In this document: piece after piece, positions 19,454 to 29,388 of the stretch
Numbering within the stretch: position 1 is the stretch's first letter
Layout of the letters: each line of letters begins with the position of its first letter
DNA from: Promethearchaeota archaeon
Lineage (GTDB): Archaea > Asgardarchaeota > Lokiarchaeia > Sigyniarchaeales > SOKP01
Assembly: GCA_016840165.1 (NCBI GenBank)
Contig: JAEOSU010000070.1
Location: forward strand, 14,051 to 78,050
Reading direction: 5' to 3'
DNA length: 64,000 bases
Made by a program: the position numbers and the translations under genes
The notes under the pieces: model-generated
The model's database searches: none
The model's input: the letters and a program-made list of their open reading frames with translations, nothing else
What the model was told of the DNA's origin: nothing

Positions 19454-21757
19454 CTAATTTAGAATTAATAATTTTCTCTTTTGAGGTAAAGATACTTTTT
19501 CTACGCCTAATTCCTTAACATATTCCACAACTTCAAATAAATTTTTAGCAGATTGGTGAAAGAAGCATACTTCTTTGGGTTCGAGATTTTCAATCATTTT
19601 AGTGAGCTGTTTCTTGTCAGAATGAAGTATGATTTTCAACTGAGGAACAAATGTATTTATGAGTAATGCTCTAAAGGGCGCTTTCCATGTTTCTGAGAAT
19701 TCAATTTCTTCAGCTCCAGAAACTAAAGATAGCCCTGGTTCTTCATGCACCGATCCTGCAAGATAAACTAAATTATGTGGATTGCGACCAATAACATTAA
19801 TGATGTTTCTAATTATTCCATAAGATATATCGGGCGGATGAGAGATGATAATGTTATTCTTATTCCTTAAAAATTCTAAATCATCCACGCCAAACCATCG
19901 AAATTTGATACTGTTAAAGGGGTTGGCTTTATCACGAATGAGTTTAGAGATTGGTCCATATATATATTTATAACGGGTATTTATGACTTGGATGTTTTTC
20001 TTTACCATCATATCAACGTAGATGTTAGGGCGTTTTTTAAAGTTTTTTCTTAATTGTAGCTTTCGGAAATATCTCCAGAAAATCAACATAAAAGTAATTG
20101 CTAAACTCGAGGGATCTGCACCAATGAGCACGTTATCTTCATACTCAGCTTTTTGCTCTAAAAATAATATTAAACTATGAAATGTTTCATTTATATCTCC
20201 GTAATCATCCATAGCACAAGTACCATCTATGAGTAAATAATCAATAGGTTTTGAGATCTGTCCCAGAAATCTTTTTGTTCCAGCAAAAGGAGTTATATCG
20301 TAGTAAGTATAATCTCCCGTATATAAAAAGCGAAAATCTTTGACTTTTGCCAAAATCATTAAAGCTCCAGGCATATGACCAGCATGATAGAAAGAAAGAT
20401 AACATTCTTTCTCTTTAAAGTCAACTTTAGTACCATTTTCAACATATATTACATTACTGACAATCTTTCGATATTCCTCCTCTTCGATTTCAGATTGGGA
20501 TTCTTGTTTCAAAAAATTAGAATCACGTAGGAGATATAAATCCAAAGTAATCCTAGAACAAAGAATAGGGATATCTGGATAATGTTTAATTAATTCCTTT
20601 AATCCGGAGATATGATCATAATGAGAATGCGATAAAAATATTGCATCAATGCTTGGTTTCGATGTACTATAAGGATTAGCTATACTATCTGAACCATATT
20701 TATTAGAAGCTTCTGCATCTTCATGTGATGAATTTTTTAATTCCTCCTCAAGAAGTTGAGGTAAATCGTCTAAATATTCTGTAATATAGTGGAAATCTCC
20801 TTCTTCTTCTGTTTCTTCATTAGGGGGAGTAAAACCACAATCAATTAGGATATTTAATTTTCCCAATCCTAAAATATGGGCATTATGATTTGGTTTAAGA
20901 ATAATTGGATAGATTGTTACCCTAATATCATTTTTATTCGTCTCGTCTGAAATTAAAGAGATATTTTGAAAATAAGTCTCATCCCATCGTTTTTCAATTT
21001 TATCAATAGCTAGTGAGATATCACTTTCTCCAACTGCTACTCCTGTGATATAAAAATACCAACCATACTTTTTTACCAGTGATTCTAAATGCTCATACAT
21101 TATGTCAGCATTTAAAGATTTGATGACAATGACTCTTTCTTTCTCATAATAAATAATTTTCCTTATGGATTTCTTTTCTTTCTCTGGAATCAAAGTATTG
21201 TTATAAAAAATGTCTTTTATGACCTTTTCAAAATCAGTTTGCGTTATATTTTGTGATTTCATCAATTTAAAGTATTGGAAATACTCTCTTGTATGATATA
21301 GTGAACGCATATTCCTTTTTTGTTTGATGATAATCGAAAGCTCATCATACTCAAACAAATCTTTAGATATTGTAACTTCTTCTCCTTTTTTTTCTTTCTT
21401 TTGTTCTTTCTTTTTTTCGCTTTTCTTAGTTTTATCAGTTTCAGAGACAAAAAAAAACCAACCATACTCTTTAACCAATTTCTCTCTGTTCCAGATTATT
21501 TGTTTACCAGATTTAGTGACCATGATTATAATTCTATCTTCTGGATTGTAAATGATCTTTGATATAGAAGCTTTAGTTTTTTCAGAAATTATATTGCTTG
21601 ATAAAAAAAAGTGTTTTAAAACTTCGTGCACATCTTTTTGAGGAATTTCCTCCTTAATCATATATTCTAAATGCCTTTTATATGACTTGATTTTAAATTG
21701 TGAAGTTAACTTTTTCTTTTCAATAAGTGGTATTTTTTTAAATTCCTCAATGTGCAT
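19454..21757 (-). CDS. Beta-CASP metallo-beta-lactamase ribonuclease (aCPSF-like) with duplicated N-terminal KH-like repeats
   Basis: ILIDCG, SHSHYDH, AGHMPGA, YTGDY, LIDGT, LHSD, FFH motifs. Confidence 0.8.
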   Translation of the reverse strand: MHIEEFKKIPLIEKKKLTSQFKIKSYKRHLEYMIKEEIPQKDVHEVLKHFFLSSNIISEKTKASISKIIYNPEDRIIIMVTKSGKQIIWNREKLVKEYGWFFFVSETDKTKKSEKKKEQKKEKKGEEVTISKDLFEYDELSIIIKQKRNMRSLYHTREYFQYFKLMKSQNITQTDFEKVIKDIFYNNTLIPEKEKKSIRKIIYYEKERVIVIKSLNADIMYEHLESLVKKYGWYFYITGVAVGESDISLAIDKIEKRWDETYFQNISLISDETNKNDIRVTIYPIILKPNHNAHILGLGKLNILIDCGFTPPNEETEEEGDFHYITEYLDDLPQLLEEELKNSSHEDAEASNKYGSDSIANPYSTSKPSIDAIFLSHSHYDHISGLKELIKHYPDIPILCSRITLDLYLLRDSNFLKQESQSEIEEEEYRKIVSNVIYVENGTKVDFKEKECYLSFYHAGHMPGALMILAKVKDFRFLYTGDYTYYDITPFAGTKRFLGQISKPIDYLLIDGTCAMDDYGDINETFHSLILFLEQKAEYEDNVLIGADPSSLAITFMLIFWRYFRKLQLRKNFKKRPNIYVDMMVKKNIQVINTRYKYIYGPISKLIRDKANPFNSIKFRWFGVDDLEFLRNKNNIIISHPPDISYGIIRNIINVIGRNPHNLVYLAGSVHEEPGLSLVSGAEEIEFSETWKAPFRALLINTFVPQLKIILHSDKKQLTKMIENLEPKEVCFFHQSAKNLFEVVEYVKELGVEKVSLPQKRKLLILN

Positions 21758-21877
21758 TAATTTATGATATACACAAAATAAAATAATGGTTTCGATTTAG
21801 TAGAAAGTGTTGTAATTTAATCTTCGAATGAGTGATTAGAAAAAGTAATAAAAAAATCTAGATGATGAATTTAAATT

Positions 21878-22456
21878 TTATACTTTCTTTCTCTTGTATA
21901 ATTGCCAATGAAGCCTTTCTTTTGGAGGAAAATTACCTCCTTTAACAGAACTCACTTGTTCTATTGAGATAAAGGCTTTGGGATTTATTACTCTAATGAT
22001 ACTCAATACTTTAGGGAGATTTTTTCTCTTAATTACAAGCAAAACTAATCTAACAATACCTTTTGTACCCTCTGCGGTCATTGTCGTCAATCCATAACCC
22101 TTTTCTTTTAACGCTTTAATTAACTCATCCGGATTTTCTTTAACAATTAATTGAAGGTTTAATAATCCAATGGAAATTTTTTGCTCAATAATCAAACCTA
22201 CATAATTTCCCATAGCAAATCCTCCTGCATATGCAAAATAATAAATGAAATTAGTTAAATCACTGAAGATTTGACCGATAGCAAGTAGCCAAATCATAAT
22301 TTCGAAAAAACCCACTAAAGGAGCTAGCTTTTTCTTGCCTTGTGATATAAAAACAATGCGAAGCGTACCTAAAGATACATCCCCTACTCGAGCAATAAAA
22401 ATTAGTATTGGCAGAATTACCAACGAGAATATGAAATTTTCATACAAATTTATCAT
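21878..22456 (-). CDS. DUF2179/UPF0316 membrane protein
   Basis: IFIARVGDVSLGTLR, GFFEIMIW, AYAGGFAMGNYVG; C-terminal PII-like segment. Confidence 0.85.
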   Translation of the reverse strand: MINLYENFIFSLVILPILIFIARVGDVSLGTLRIVFISQGKKKLAPLVGFFEIMIWLLAIGQIFSDLTNFIYYFAYAGGFAMGNYVGLIIEQKISIGLLNLQLIVKENPDELIKALKEKGYGLTTMTAEGTKGIVRLVLLVIKRKNLPKVLSIIRVINPKAFISIEQVSSVKGGNFPPKERLHWQLYKRKKV

Positions 22457-22568
22457 AGGAACTTACACCTTAAATTATAAAATATTTTTATTGAAAATCG
22501 ATTCCATATTCTTTTCCCTATTTATTAGGTTCTCATTTATAAAATATTGATTCTATATTAAATATATT

Positions 22569-23201
22569 TTATTTTTCATGTGCTTTTTCTATCTCATCTT
22601 TTAAATTTACGAGCTCAATTTTAATCTTATCTGTTTCATCTTTTAATTTACGCCATTCTTGTTCAATTATGTTACAATCTTTTGTCAACTTTTCTTTATC
22701 TAAGTCATTGCAAGCGTTCTCCAATTTTTCTCTTGTTAAATCTAATTCTTCTCGTTTTTGATTTAACATTGATTCTAAAGCCTTTAAACCCTCTTCTTTA
22801 ATTAAGATTTCTTTTAAAATCAATTCATTTTTGTCCATATCGATTAGTTCCTCAATTCTAGTGAGATAACGTTTGATGGGAGTCAGATTAATTTCTTTTG
22901 AATCTTCATTCTTAAAAAATAAACCAATATTACTGTCTTCCCCTAATTTCACTAAAATAATTGTCACTTCTTCCATTTCAACTATGAGTTTTTTATAATC
23001 TTCTGGTTTAAACAGACAGATATCATTGATTTTTCGAGCATTATGTAAAATTTTTGCTAATGTTTCTCCCAATTTAGGGATATTAGTTTCTTGTTCAAAT
23101 GTGGACTGAAAAATCATACCATTATTATAAAACATAATGATATGAACCACTTCTGGTAATGCGGCTTTAATCCGAACAATATTTTTAAATACTATATTCA
23201 A
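22569..23201 (-). CDS. Roadblock/longin-like domain fused to a coiled coil
   Basis: VVHIIMFYNNGMIFQST..KLIVEMEEVTIILVKLG pattern, then about 80 aa of heptads. Confidence 0.55.
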   Translation of the reverse strand: MNIVFKNIVRIKAALPEVVHIIMFYNNGMIFQSTFEQETNIPKLGETLAKILHNARKINDICLFKPEDYKKLIVEMEEVTIILVKLGEDSNIGLFFKNEDSKEINLTPIKRYLTRIEELIDMDKNELILKEILIKEEGLKALESMLNQKREELDLTREKLENACNDLDKEKLTKDCNIIEQEWRKLKDETDKIKIELVNLKDEIEKAHEK

Positions 23202-24653
23202 TCACCCATAGAAAGTAGCTCTAATTCTACTTATTATATAATCGATTATTTTATTAACTTTTTTGATACCAGATTTTTTAAGGAGAAAGAAGATAATGAT
23301 TATTAAAAGGATCACTAAGATAATTAATATTCCAATAGAGAAATTGAAAATAAGCGTATAATAAATGGAAACTATTATTAGCTGATAGGTTGTAGTAAAG
23401 AATCCAATTTTAAAAAATTGCTTAAAACTGATTGGTCTTTTGTTTGCTTCAGCTATTTGAACAACTAGTATATTATCTCCTAAGGGAGTAAGATTATCAC
23501 CCCAATTAGCTCCTATTGCTAAGCTGTAGTAAAATTGGTCACCATTAGTTGGAGGAAATTTACTTGAAATGGTTCCTATGACCGGAATTAAAACTTTGGT
23601 TATAGGAATATTATCTATTGTACTACTTAAAAATGCAGAAATCCATAGAATGATAAGTACTTGAAAATAGAGATCTCCACCAGAAAGGTTAGCCATCATA
23701 TCTCCAAGAAGTTGCACCACTCCGAGGAGTTCAAGACCACCTGCAATAACGAAGATCCCTAAGAGATATAAAATCAATTCTAAATCTATTTTAGAGATTA
23801 TCTCTTTTACTTCAATTCTACTAATCAATATTAGGATGAGGGCAATAATTAATGCTATTATATCAGTTGTTAACAATGATGTTGGAATGATAATAAACAT
23901 GATAAATAAAATGATCAATGAAAATATTGATTTTAGTAATAAAGTCTTATTTGGGACGAAATTCCACACATTAAATTCTCTCAGAACCTTGATTCCTTCT
24001 TGAGGAATTTCTAATGCCTTTTTAAACACAAAAATAAAGAGTAATAGTGTAAAAGCAAATATCACCAATGAAATGGTCCCAACATTCAGAAAGAAATCTA
24101 TAAATTGAATTTCAGCATAATTACTTATCAATATGTTTGGTATAGAGGATATAGTAAAAAGTGTACCTCCAATATTTACTAAAATCGCTTGAGTGAGAAT
24201 ATATGGAGAAGGGTTTACATTTAAAATGCGAGATACCGTGATTGTAAGAGGTATTAGAATTATAACTGTTAAAATGTTATTCAACACCGCTGATATTAGA
24301 ATAGTAATAAAGCAGAAAATAGACATTAGATAAAGAGGTTTTCCTTTTGATAGCTTAATCAAATTTAAAGCAAAAAATTGAAAAAGCCCTGCTTCATTTG
24401 AAATTTGTACGATAAACATCATAGCGATTATTAGAATAAGCGAATGTAAGTTTACAAAACCTTCACTTTCAGATCCAAATAAAAGTTCAATGATTACTTT
24501 AAAATCCATACCCTCTAAAAATGTTAGCGTTAGGTATACGATTATGGCTCCTATTAATGCAGCTACTGCTCGATTCAATTTTTCAGTAACAATAAGAAGG
24601 ATTACTCCAATAAAACATCCTAAAACGATTATGACACTAAGTATCATTACCAA
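23202..24653 (-). CDS. ArsB/NhaD (IT superfamily) permease
   Basis: SAVLNNILT, NIGGTLF...PNILI, LSSTIDNIP, GANWGDNLTPLG. Confidence 0.85.
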   Translation of the reverse strand: MVMILSVIIVLGCFIGVILLIVTEKLNRAVAALIGAIIVYLTLTFLEGMDFKVIIELLFGSESEGFVNLHSLILIIAMMFIVQISNEAGLFQFFALNLIKLSKGKPLYLMSIFCFITILISAVLNNILTVIILIPLTITVSRILNVNPSPYILTQAILVNIGGTLFTISSIPNILISNYAEIQFIDFFLNVGTISLVIFAFTLLLFIFVFKKALEIPQEGIKVLREFNVWNFVPNKTLLLKSIFSLIILFIMFIIIPTSLLTTDIIALIIALILILISRIEVKEIISKIDLELILYLLGIFVIAGGLELLGVVQLLGDMMANLSGGDLYFQVLIILWISAFLSSTIDNIPITKVLIPVIGTISSKFPPTNGDQFYYSLAIGANWGDNLTPLGDNILVVQIAEANKRPISFKQFFKIGFFTTTYQLIIVSIYYTLIFNFSIGILIILVILLIIIIFFLLKKSGIKKVNKIIDYIISRIRATFYG

Positions 24654-24746
24654 TTCATCATTTAATTTTTTCTATGAGACTATCATAAAGTTCTGTAAAA
24701 TAAAAACCTATTTTTTATTTAAAAATAAAAGAAGGCAAATATTAAT

Positions 24747-25412
24747 TTAAAACAATTTTGATAATTTCACAAGATCAATGGGTCCTTTAATATTGATTAA
24801 ACTGACTAAATTTTTATCTATGGGTTGTATTTTCTCTTCTACAGAAACATAATTGATGTTCCAACTTTTATCGATTAAATTCATTAATCCATAATTTTCA
24901 TTCGTCAAAATTTCTTTTGCCTTTTGTAATCCTTTTTTAACAGGATAGATAGATAAATATGGTTCTAAAAATCCATTTTTCCAGCGTGGAATAACGCATT
25001 CATAGCCCTCCGCTTGGTCAATCATAAGCGTAATAACTTCAGGCCTAATTAAAGGTATATCACAAGAGAAGAGAAAGGCTTTTTTAAAGTTCGCTCTCGA
25101 TAACTCTTGAAATCCTGAAAAAATTCCAAGCATAGGTTTATATATATTCGGATGTTGAAATAAACTGCGGTCATCGACAATAAATGTGACCGCTTTAGGA
25201 AATTCGATTTCTTTTCTATATTGAAAGATTTGTTCTTCTGAATGGGCAACCAGAAAAATATCTTGATCAAATTTTGCTAATGTCTCTATTTGATGTAAAA
25301 TTAAAGGTTTCCCTAACAATTCTACTATTGCTTTCTCTGTTCCAAAACGAGTGCTTTTACCTCCAACTAATATTAAAATAGCTAAATCCTTTGAGTTATT
25401 TTCGTCAGCCAT
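24747..25412 (-). CDS. mobA: Molybdenum cofactor guanylyltransferase
   Basis: LILVGGKSTRFGTEKA, SCDIP, EPYLSIY, INIK. Confidence 0.85.
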   Translation of the reverse strand: MADENNSKDLAILILVGGKSTRFGTEKAIVELLGKPLILHQIETLAKFDQDIFLVAHSEEQIFQYRKEIEFPKAVTFIVDDRSLFQHPNIYKPMLGIFSGFQELSRANFKKAFLFSCDIPLIRPEVITLMIDQAEGYECVIPRWKNGFLEPYLSIYPVKKGLQKAKEILTNENYGLMNLIDKSWNINYVSVEEKIQPIDKNLVSLINIKGPIDLVKLSKLF

Positions 25413-25546
25413 AACATTAAATATAAATAATTCGAATATATTTGTTTTGAATAAAGAAGAAGCGTTTGAAAAAATTTTTTCTTAATTTACTCTTAGGATA
25501 TATGAATCAAAGAGGGAATATTTGATAGACTTATAACATAATATTG

Positions 25547-25732
25547 TTAATAATCATCATCTATATCGTCGTCATCGTCAATATCTTCATCCCAATCCTC
25601 GTCCTCATCCTCGTAATCATCATCGAAATCACCATCATTATCTTCATCCCAATCCTCGTCATCATCGATATCTTCATCCCAATCTTCATCGTCTTCATCT
25701 TTCTCCATATCAAGATCATATTCTAGCTCCAT
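25547..25732 (-). CDS. Hyper-acidic microprotein (61 aa) with DEDWDED repeats
   Basis: AAAGGAG SD precedes ATG at 25732; 44 of 61 residues are D or E. Confidence 0.55.
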   Translation of the reverse strand: MELEYDLDMEKDEDDEDWDEDIDDDEDWDEDNDGDFDDDYEDEDEDWDEDIDDDDDIDDDY

Positions 25733-26113
25733 ATCTTTCTCTCCTTTTTTTTTTATTCTTTTAGTATTATTAAAGTTATTATAATCAATTACAATAAAAA
25801 TCAATATCAATATTTAAATATTTCTATATAAACTAGCGATTTTTAAAGTGTATTCCCTATTGTAGACTTACAAAAACTTTAAATAGAATTATAGGTATAA
25901 TATTGTTTAATAAATCTAATAAAATTAAATAGATTTGTTATCAAAAAATAAAGCCAAAAAAGGAAAATAGAAAAAACTGTTGATGAGAGAGATACTTTAC
26001 ATAATTTTATTAATTTTTAGGCAAAGATTGTCTTATTCTATTGACATTTTTGTAAATCTGATTTTTTAAAAGTTTATGTATTTAAAATTACAAATTTAAA
26101 TTAGCAAGAATAG

Positions 26114-28051
26114 ATGACAGAAAAACTAAATATTAATACATTGGGGAAAAAAAATCCTATTCGTAATCTGAATAACAAACCCATTTGTTTAGGTCCTATC
26201 GCAGATTTAGAGGAATATGTGAAAAAAGATTGGTGGAAAAAGATCTTTAATGCATATTACTTAAAGACTGACGGGGATGTGGTTGAGGATCAATTAATTA
26301 CAGAGCATGAAATTAGAATCTTTTCAGATATACTGAAATTGAAACCAGAAGAGCATATTTTAGATCTATGCTGCGGTCAAGGGCGACATAGTATTGAATT
26401 AGCAAGAAAAAGTTTTGAAAATGTTGAGGGTTTAGATAGATCCCATTATTTAATTCAGAAAGCGCGTGTTAATGCCAAAAAGAATGGTTTAATTTGCAAA
26501 TTTCGTGAGGGGGATGCAAGAAAACTTCCTTATATCACTGATAATTTTGATACTATCATGATCTTAGGTAATAGTTTTGGTTATTTTGAATCAATTAATG
26601 ATGATTTTCGTGTATTAAAAGAGTCATTTCGAGTACTTAAACCATGGGGAAGAATTCTAATCGATATTACTGATGGAACTTATCTACGGAATAATTTCCA
26701 ACAGCGTTCTTGGGAATGGATAGATAAGAATTTTTTTGTTTGTCGAGAACGTTCCTTGTCTATGGATAAGCAACGATTGATCTCACGAGAGGTAATTACC
26801 CATGTAAATAAAGGAGTACTTGTCGATCAATTCTATGCTGAAAGATTATATTCAATTGAAGAGATTACTGAAATTTTAGAAAAAGCAGGATTTAGCGAGA
26901 TAACTTTTCACGGTAATTTATCACCCAATTCGCAGAAAGATCAAGATTTAGGGATGATGGAACAAAGAATTATTGTATCTGCTGTTGTTAAGAAAGAATG
27001 GACTCAAAAAGCTAAGAGATTACGAGCAGTTGATAAAAATATAATAGTTCTACTTGGAGATCCCCATAAACCTGATATTTTAAAGCCTTCTACTATTTTT
27101 GATGATGATGACTTTTACACTATTACACAATTAAAAGCAGCCCTTCAAGAGTTGAAAGGATATAATTTTATTTATATTGACAATCATGACATATTGATAC
27201 AGGAATTGACCAAATTAAAAGGAAAAGTGGATTATGTATTTAATTTATGCGATGAGGGTTACTTTAATGACGCTTGTAAAGAACTACATATTCCTGCAAT
27301 ATTAGATATCTTGAAATATCAATATACGGGTTCTGGTCCTCAATGTTTAGCATTCTGTTATGATAAGTCTTTAGTTCGAGGCGTTGCAAAAGATTTAAAC
27401 GTTCCCGTTCCTGAAGCGATTGTTTTGAAGCCAACTGATAAAATTATTGATCTACCCTTATATTTTCCTGCAATTGTAAAGCCAAATTATGGTGATAGCT
27501 CCTATGGTATTACACAAGCCAATGTAGTGTCGAATGGGGAAGAATTACTAAATGCTGTACGTGATATCAGAGACAGGTTTGGTTATAACAATTCCATTCT
27601 AATAGAACAGTATTTAACAGGTAAAGATTTAACCATCGGAATCATTGGCAACCCACCGTACGAGTATGTTGTTCTGCCAATACTGGAAGAAGATTATTCC
27701 TCATTACCTTCGGGATTACCTAAAATTTGCGGGTATGAGGCAAAATGGCTTCCTGATTCACCTTATTGGAACCTAAAGTCTATTCAAGCAGAACTTAAGC
27801 CAGAAGTTGTAGAAATTATTGAATCATGCTCCTTAAGACTTTTTGAACGACTGGAATGCAAGGATTATGCCCGATTTGACTGGAGACTAGATTCTGAGGG
27901 AAATCCGAAGCTACTTGAAGTTAATCCCAATCCTGGTTGGTGTTGGGATGGGCATCTCGCAAAGATGGCAAAATATGCCGGAATGTCATATAAGGATATG
28001 CTTCAAAATATTCTTGAGGCAGCCGAGAAAAGATATGGAATAGAGAAATAG
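26114..28051 (+). CDS. Class I SAM methyltransferase fused to a D-Ala-D-Ala-ligase-like ATP-grasp domain
   Basis: ILDLCCGQGRH; YTGSG..YDK, IVKPNYGDSSYGI, EQYLTG, YARFDWR, LEVNPNPG. Confidence 0.85.
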   Translation: MTEKLNINTLGKKNPIRNLNNKPICLGPIADLEEYVKKDWWKKIFNAYYLKTDGDVVEDQLITEHEIRIFSDILKLKPEEHILDLCCGQGRHSIELARKSFENVEGLDRSHYLIQKARVNAKKNGLICKFREGDARKLPYITDNFDTIMILGNSFGYFESINDDFRVLKESFRVLKPWGRILIDITDGTYLRNNFQQRSWEWIDKNFFVCRERSLSMDKQRLISREVITHVNKGVLVDQFYAERLYSIEEITEILEKAGFSEITFHGNLSPNSQKDQDLGMMEQRIIVSAVVKKEWTQKAKRLRAVDKNIIVLLGDPHKPDILKPSTIFDDDDFYTITQLKAALQELKGYNFIYIDNHDILIQELTKLKGKVDYVFNLCDEGYFNDACKELHIPAILDILKYQYTGSGPQCLAFCYDKSLVRGVAKDLNVPVPEAIVLKPTDKIIDLPLYFPAIVKPNYGDSSYGITQANVVSNGEELLNAVRDIRDRFGYNNSILIEQYLTGKDLTIGIIGNPPYEYVVLPILEEDYSSLPSGLPKICGYEAKWLPDSPYWNLKSIQAELKPEVVEIIESCSLRLFERLECKDYARFDWRLDSEGNPKLLEVNPNPGWCWDGHLAKMAKYAGMSYKDMLQNILEAAEKRYGIEK

Positions 28052-28082
28052 TTTAATTTAATCATGTTTTTTATATGGTTAT

Positions 28083-29378
28083 ATGGATCTAATTCTTTTA
28101 ATATTCATTTTTATTATATTTGGAATCATATTAATTAGTTATTCCTCAAAAAATATAGATTTCGTTGCGATTTCTCTTTTAGGATGCTTTTTAGCGGGAT
28201 TTATCACCGGTGTCGTGTACAATCTATCTTTTTGGGATTTTATTAATTTTATAGAATTTGATGCAATTATTATTATTTTAAGTATGAGTATTATTACAAA
28301 GATTGCACAAGATTCAAATATTTTAGAATATTTGGCTGTTAAGCTCTTTAAAGTTTCAAAAGGTAATCGAAGAGTATTTCTTTATATGATTTGTTTTATC
28401 ACCACGATTCTTGCGGCGATTATAAATGATGTGATTGTAGTATTGATTTTAGGTCCCGTGGTGATACGTTTATGTCGATTTTTAAAGATTAGATCCGGTA
28501 CATATTTGCTGGGAATGACGATATGCATAAATATAGGTAGTATTATAACACCTTTCTCAAGCGGAGAAAATATTATTATTTCTACTGCTTTTTCATTAGA
28601 TACTGTCTATTTTATAACTAATTATTGGATTTTTTCATTTTTCCTCTTGTTTATTACTATCTATCTCATAGATAGATTTATTTTAAGAAAAGAACCCGCG
28701 ATTGAAGAACAACAAAAGCAATTTGTTTTAGAACTAGTAAATACAGATGTAATGATCTCTAATCGCAAGATGTTCTATATAAATAGCATTGGAATCATAG
28801 TTACAATTGTACTTTTTGCTATTTTACCATTATTATACCTTACTGCGGCTTTCGCGGCTTTTACCTTAGCGTTAATTAACATTAAATTTACCAAAAAGAA
28901 AACAATTGACCTATTGAAAGATGTAGAATGGGAAATCATTTTTTTCTTTATATCTTTATATGTAGTAATTGGATGTTTATTAGAAGCAGGCTTTGAAGAA
29001 CTTTTTACAGGTATTCCTTTTGGGACATTAGATCCATTCATAGTAAGCTTTATTATTCTACTACTTGTAAGCTTAATTTCTGGTTTTGTTGCCAACACTC
29101 CAACAGCTTTGATTTTTATTCCTATTGTCTCATTATTAATTAATGAGGGATTTCCCTCTGTTCCTTTATTTTTCGCATTTATAATAAGTATTAATCTCGG
29201 AGGCAATCTAATACCACAAGGAGCTGCTTGTGACATGATGACCTTAAAAATCGCACAAAATAATGCTGTAGAAAATCTCAATTTCAAGCGCCTTTTAAAA
29301 GTAGGAGCCACATTTGCAATTATCCATGTTGGACTATCAATAGGTTATTTATTTCTCTTAACATTATTCACAGGATAA
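28083..29378 (+). CDS. ArsB/NhaD (IT superfamily) permease
   Basis: NIGSIITPFSSGENIII, SGFVANTP, NLGGNLIPQGAA. Confidence 0.85.
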   Translation: MDLILLIFIFIIFGIILISYSSKNIDFVAISLLGCFLAGFITGVVYNLSFWDFINFIEFDAIIIILSMSIITKIAQDSNILEYLAVKLFKVSKGNRRVFLYMICFITTILAAIINDVIVVLILGPVVIRLCRFLKIRSGTYLLGMTICINIGSIITPFSSGENIIISTAFSLDTVYFITNYWIFSFFLLFITIYLIDRFILRKEPAIEEQQKQFVLELVNTDVMISNRKMFYINSIGIIVTIVLFAILPLLYLTAAFAAFTLALINIKFTKKKTIDLLKDVEWEIIFFFISLYVVIGCLLEAGFEELFTGIPFGTLDPFIVSFIILLLVSLISGFVANTPTALIFIPIVSLLINEGFPSVPLFFAFIISINLGGNLIPQGAACDMMTLKIAQNNAVENLNFKRLLKVGATFAIIHVGLSIGYLFLLTLFTG

Positions 29379-29388
29379 TGAAAGAGAT

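Noticed and set aside
25544-25726. Hydrophobic Ile-rich plus-strand ORF, or CRISPR-like repeats
   Set aside because: It is the reverse complement of GAT/GAA codons. The repeats are codon-level, have no unique spacers and there are no cas genes.
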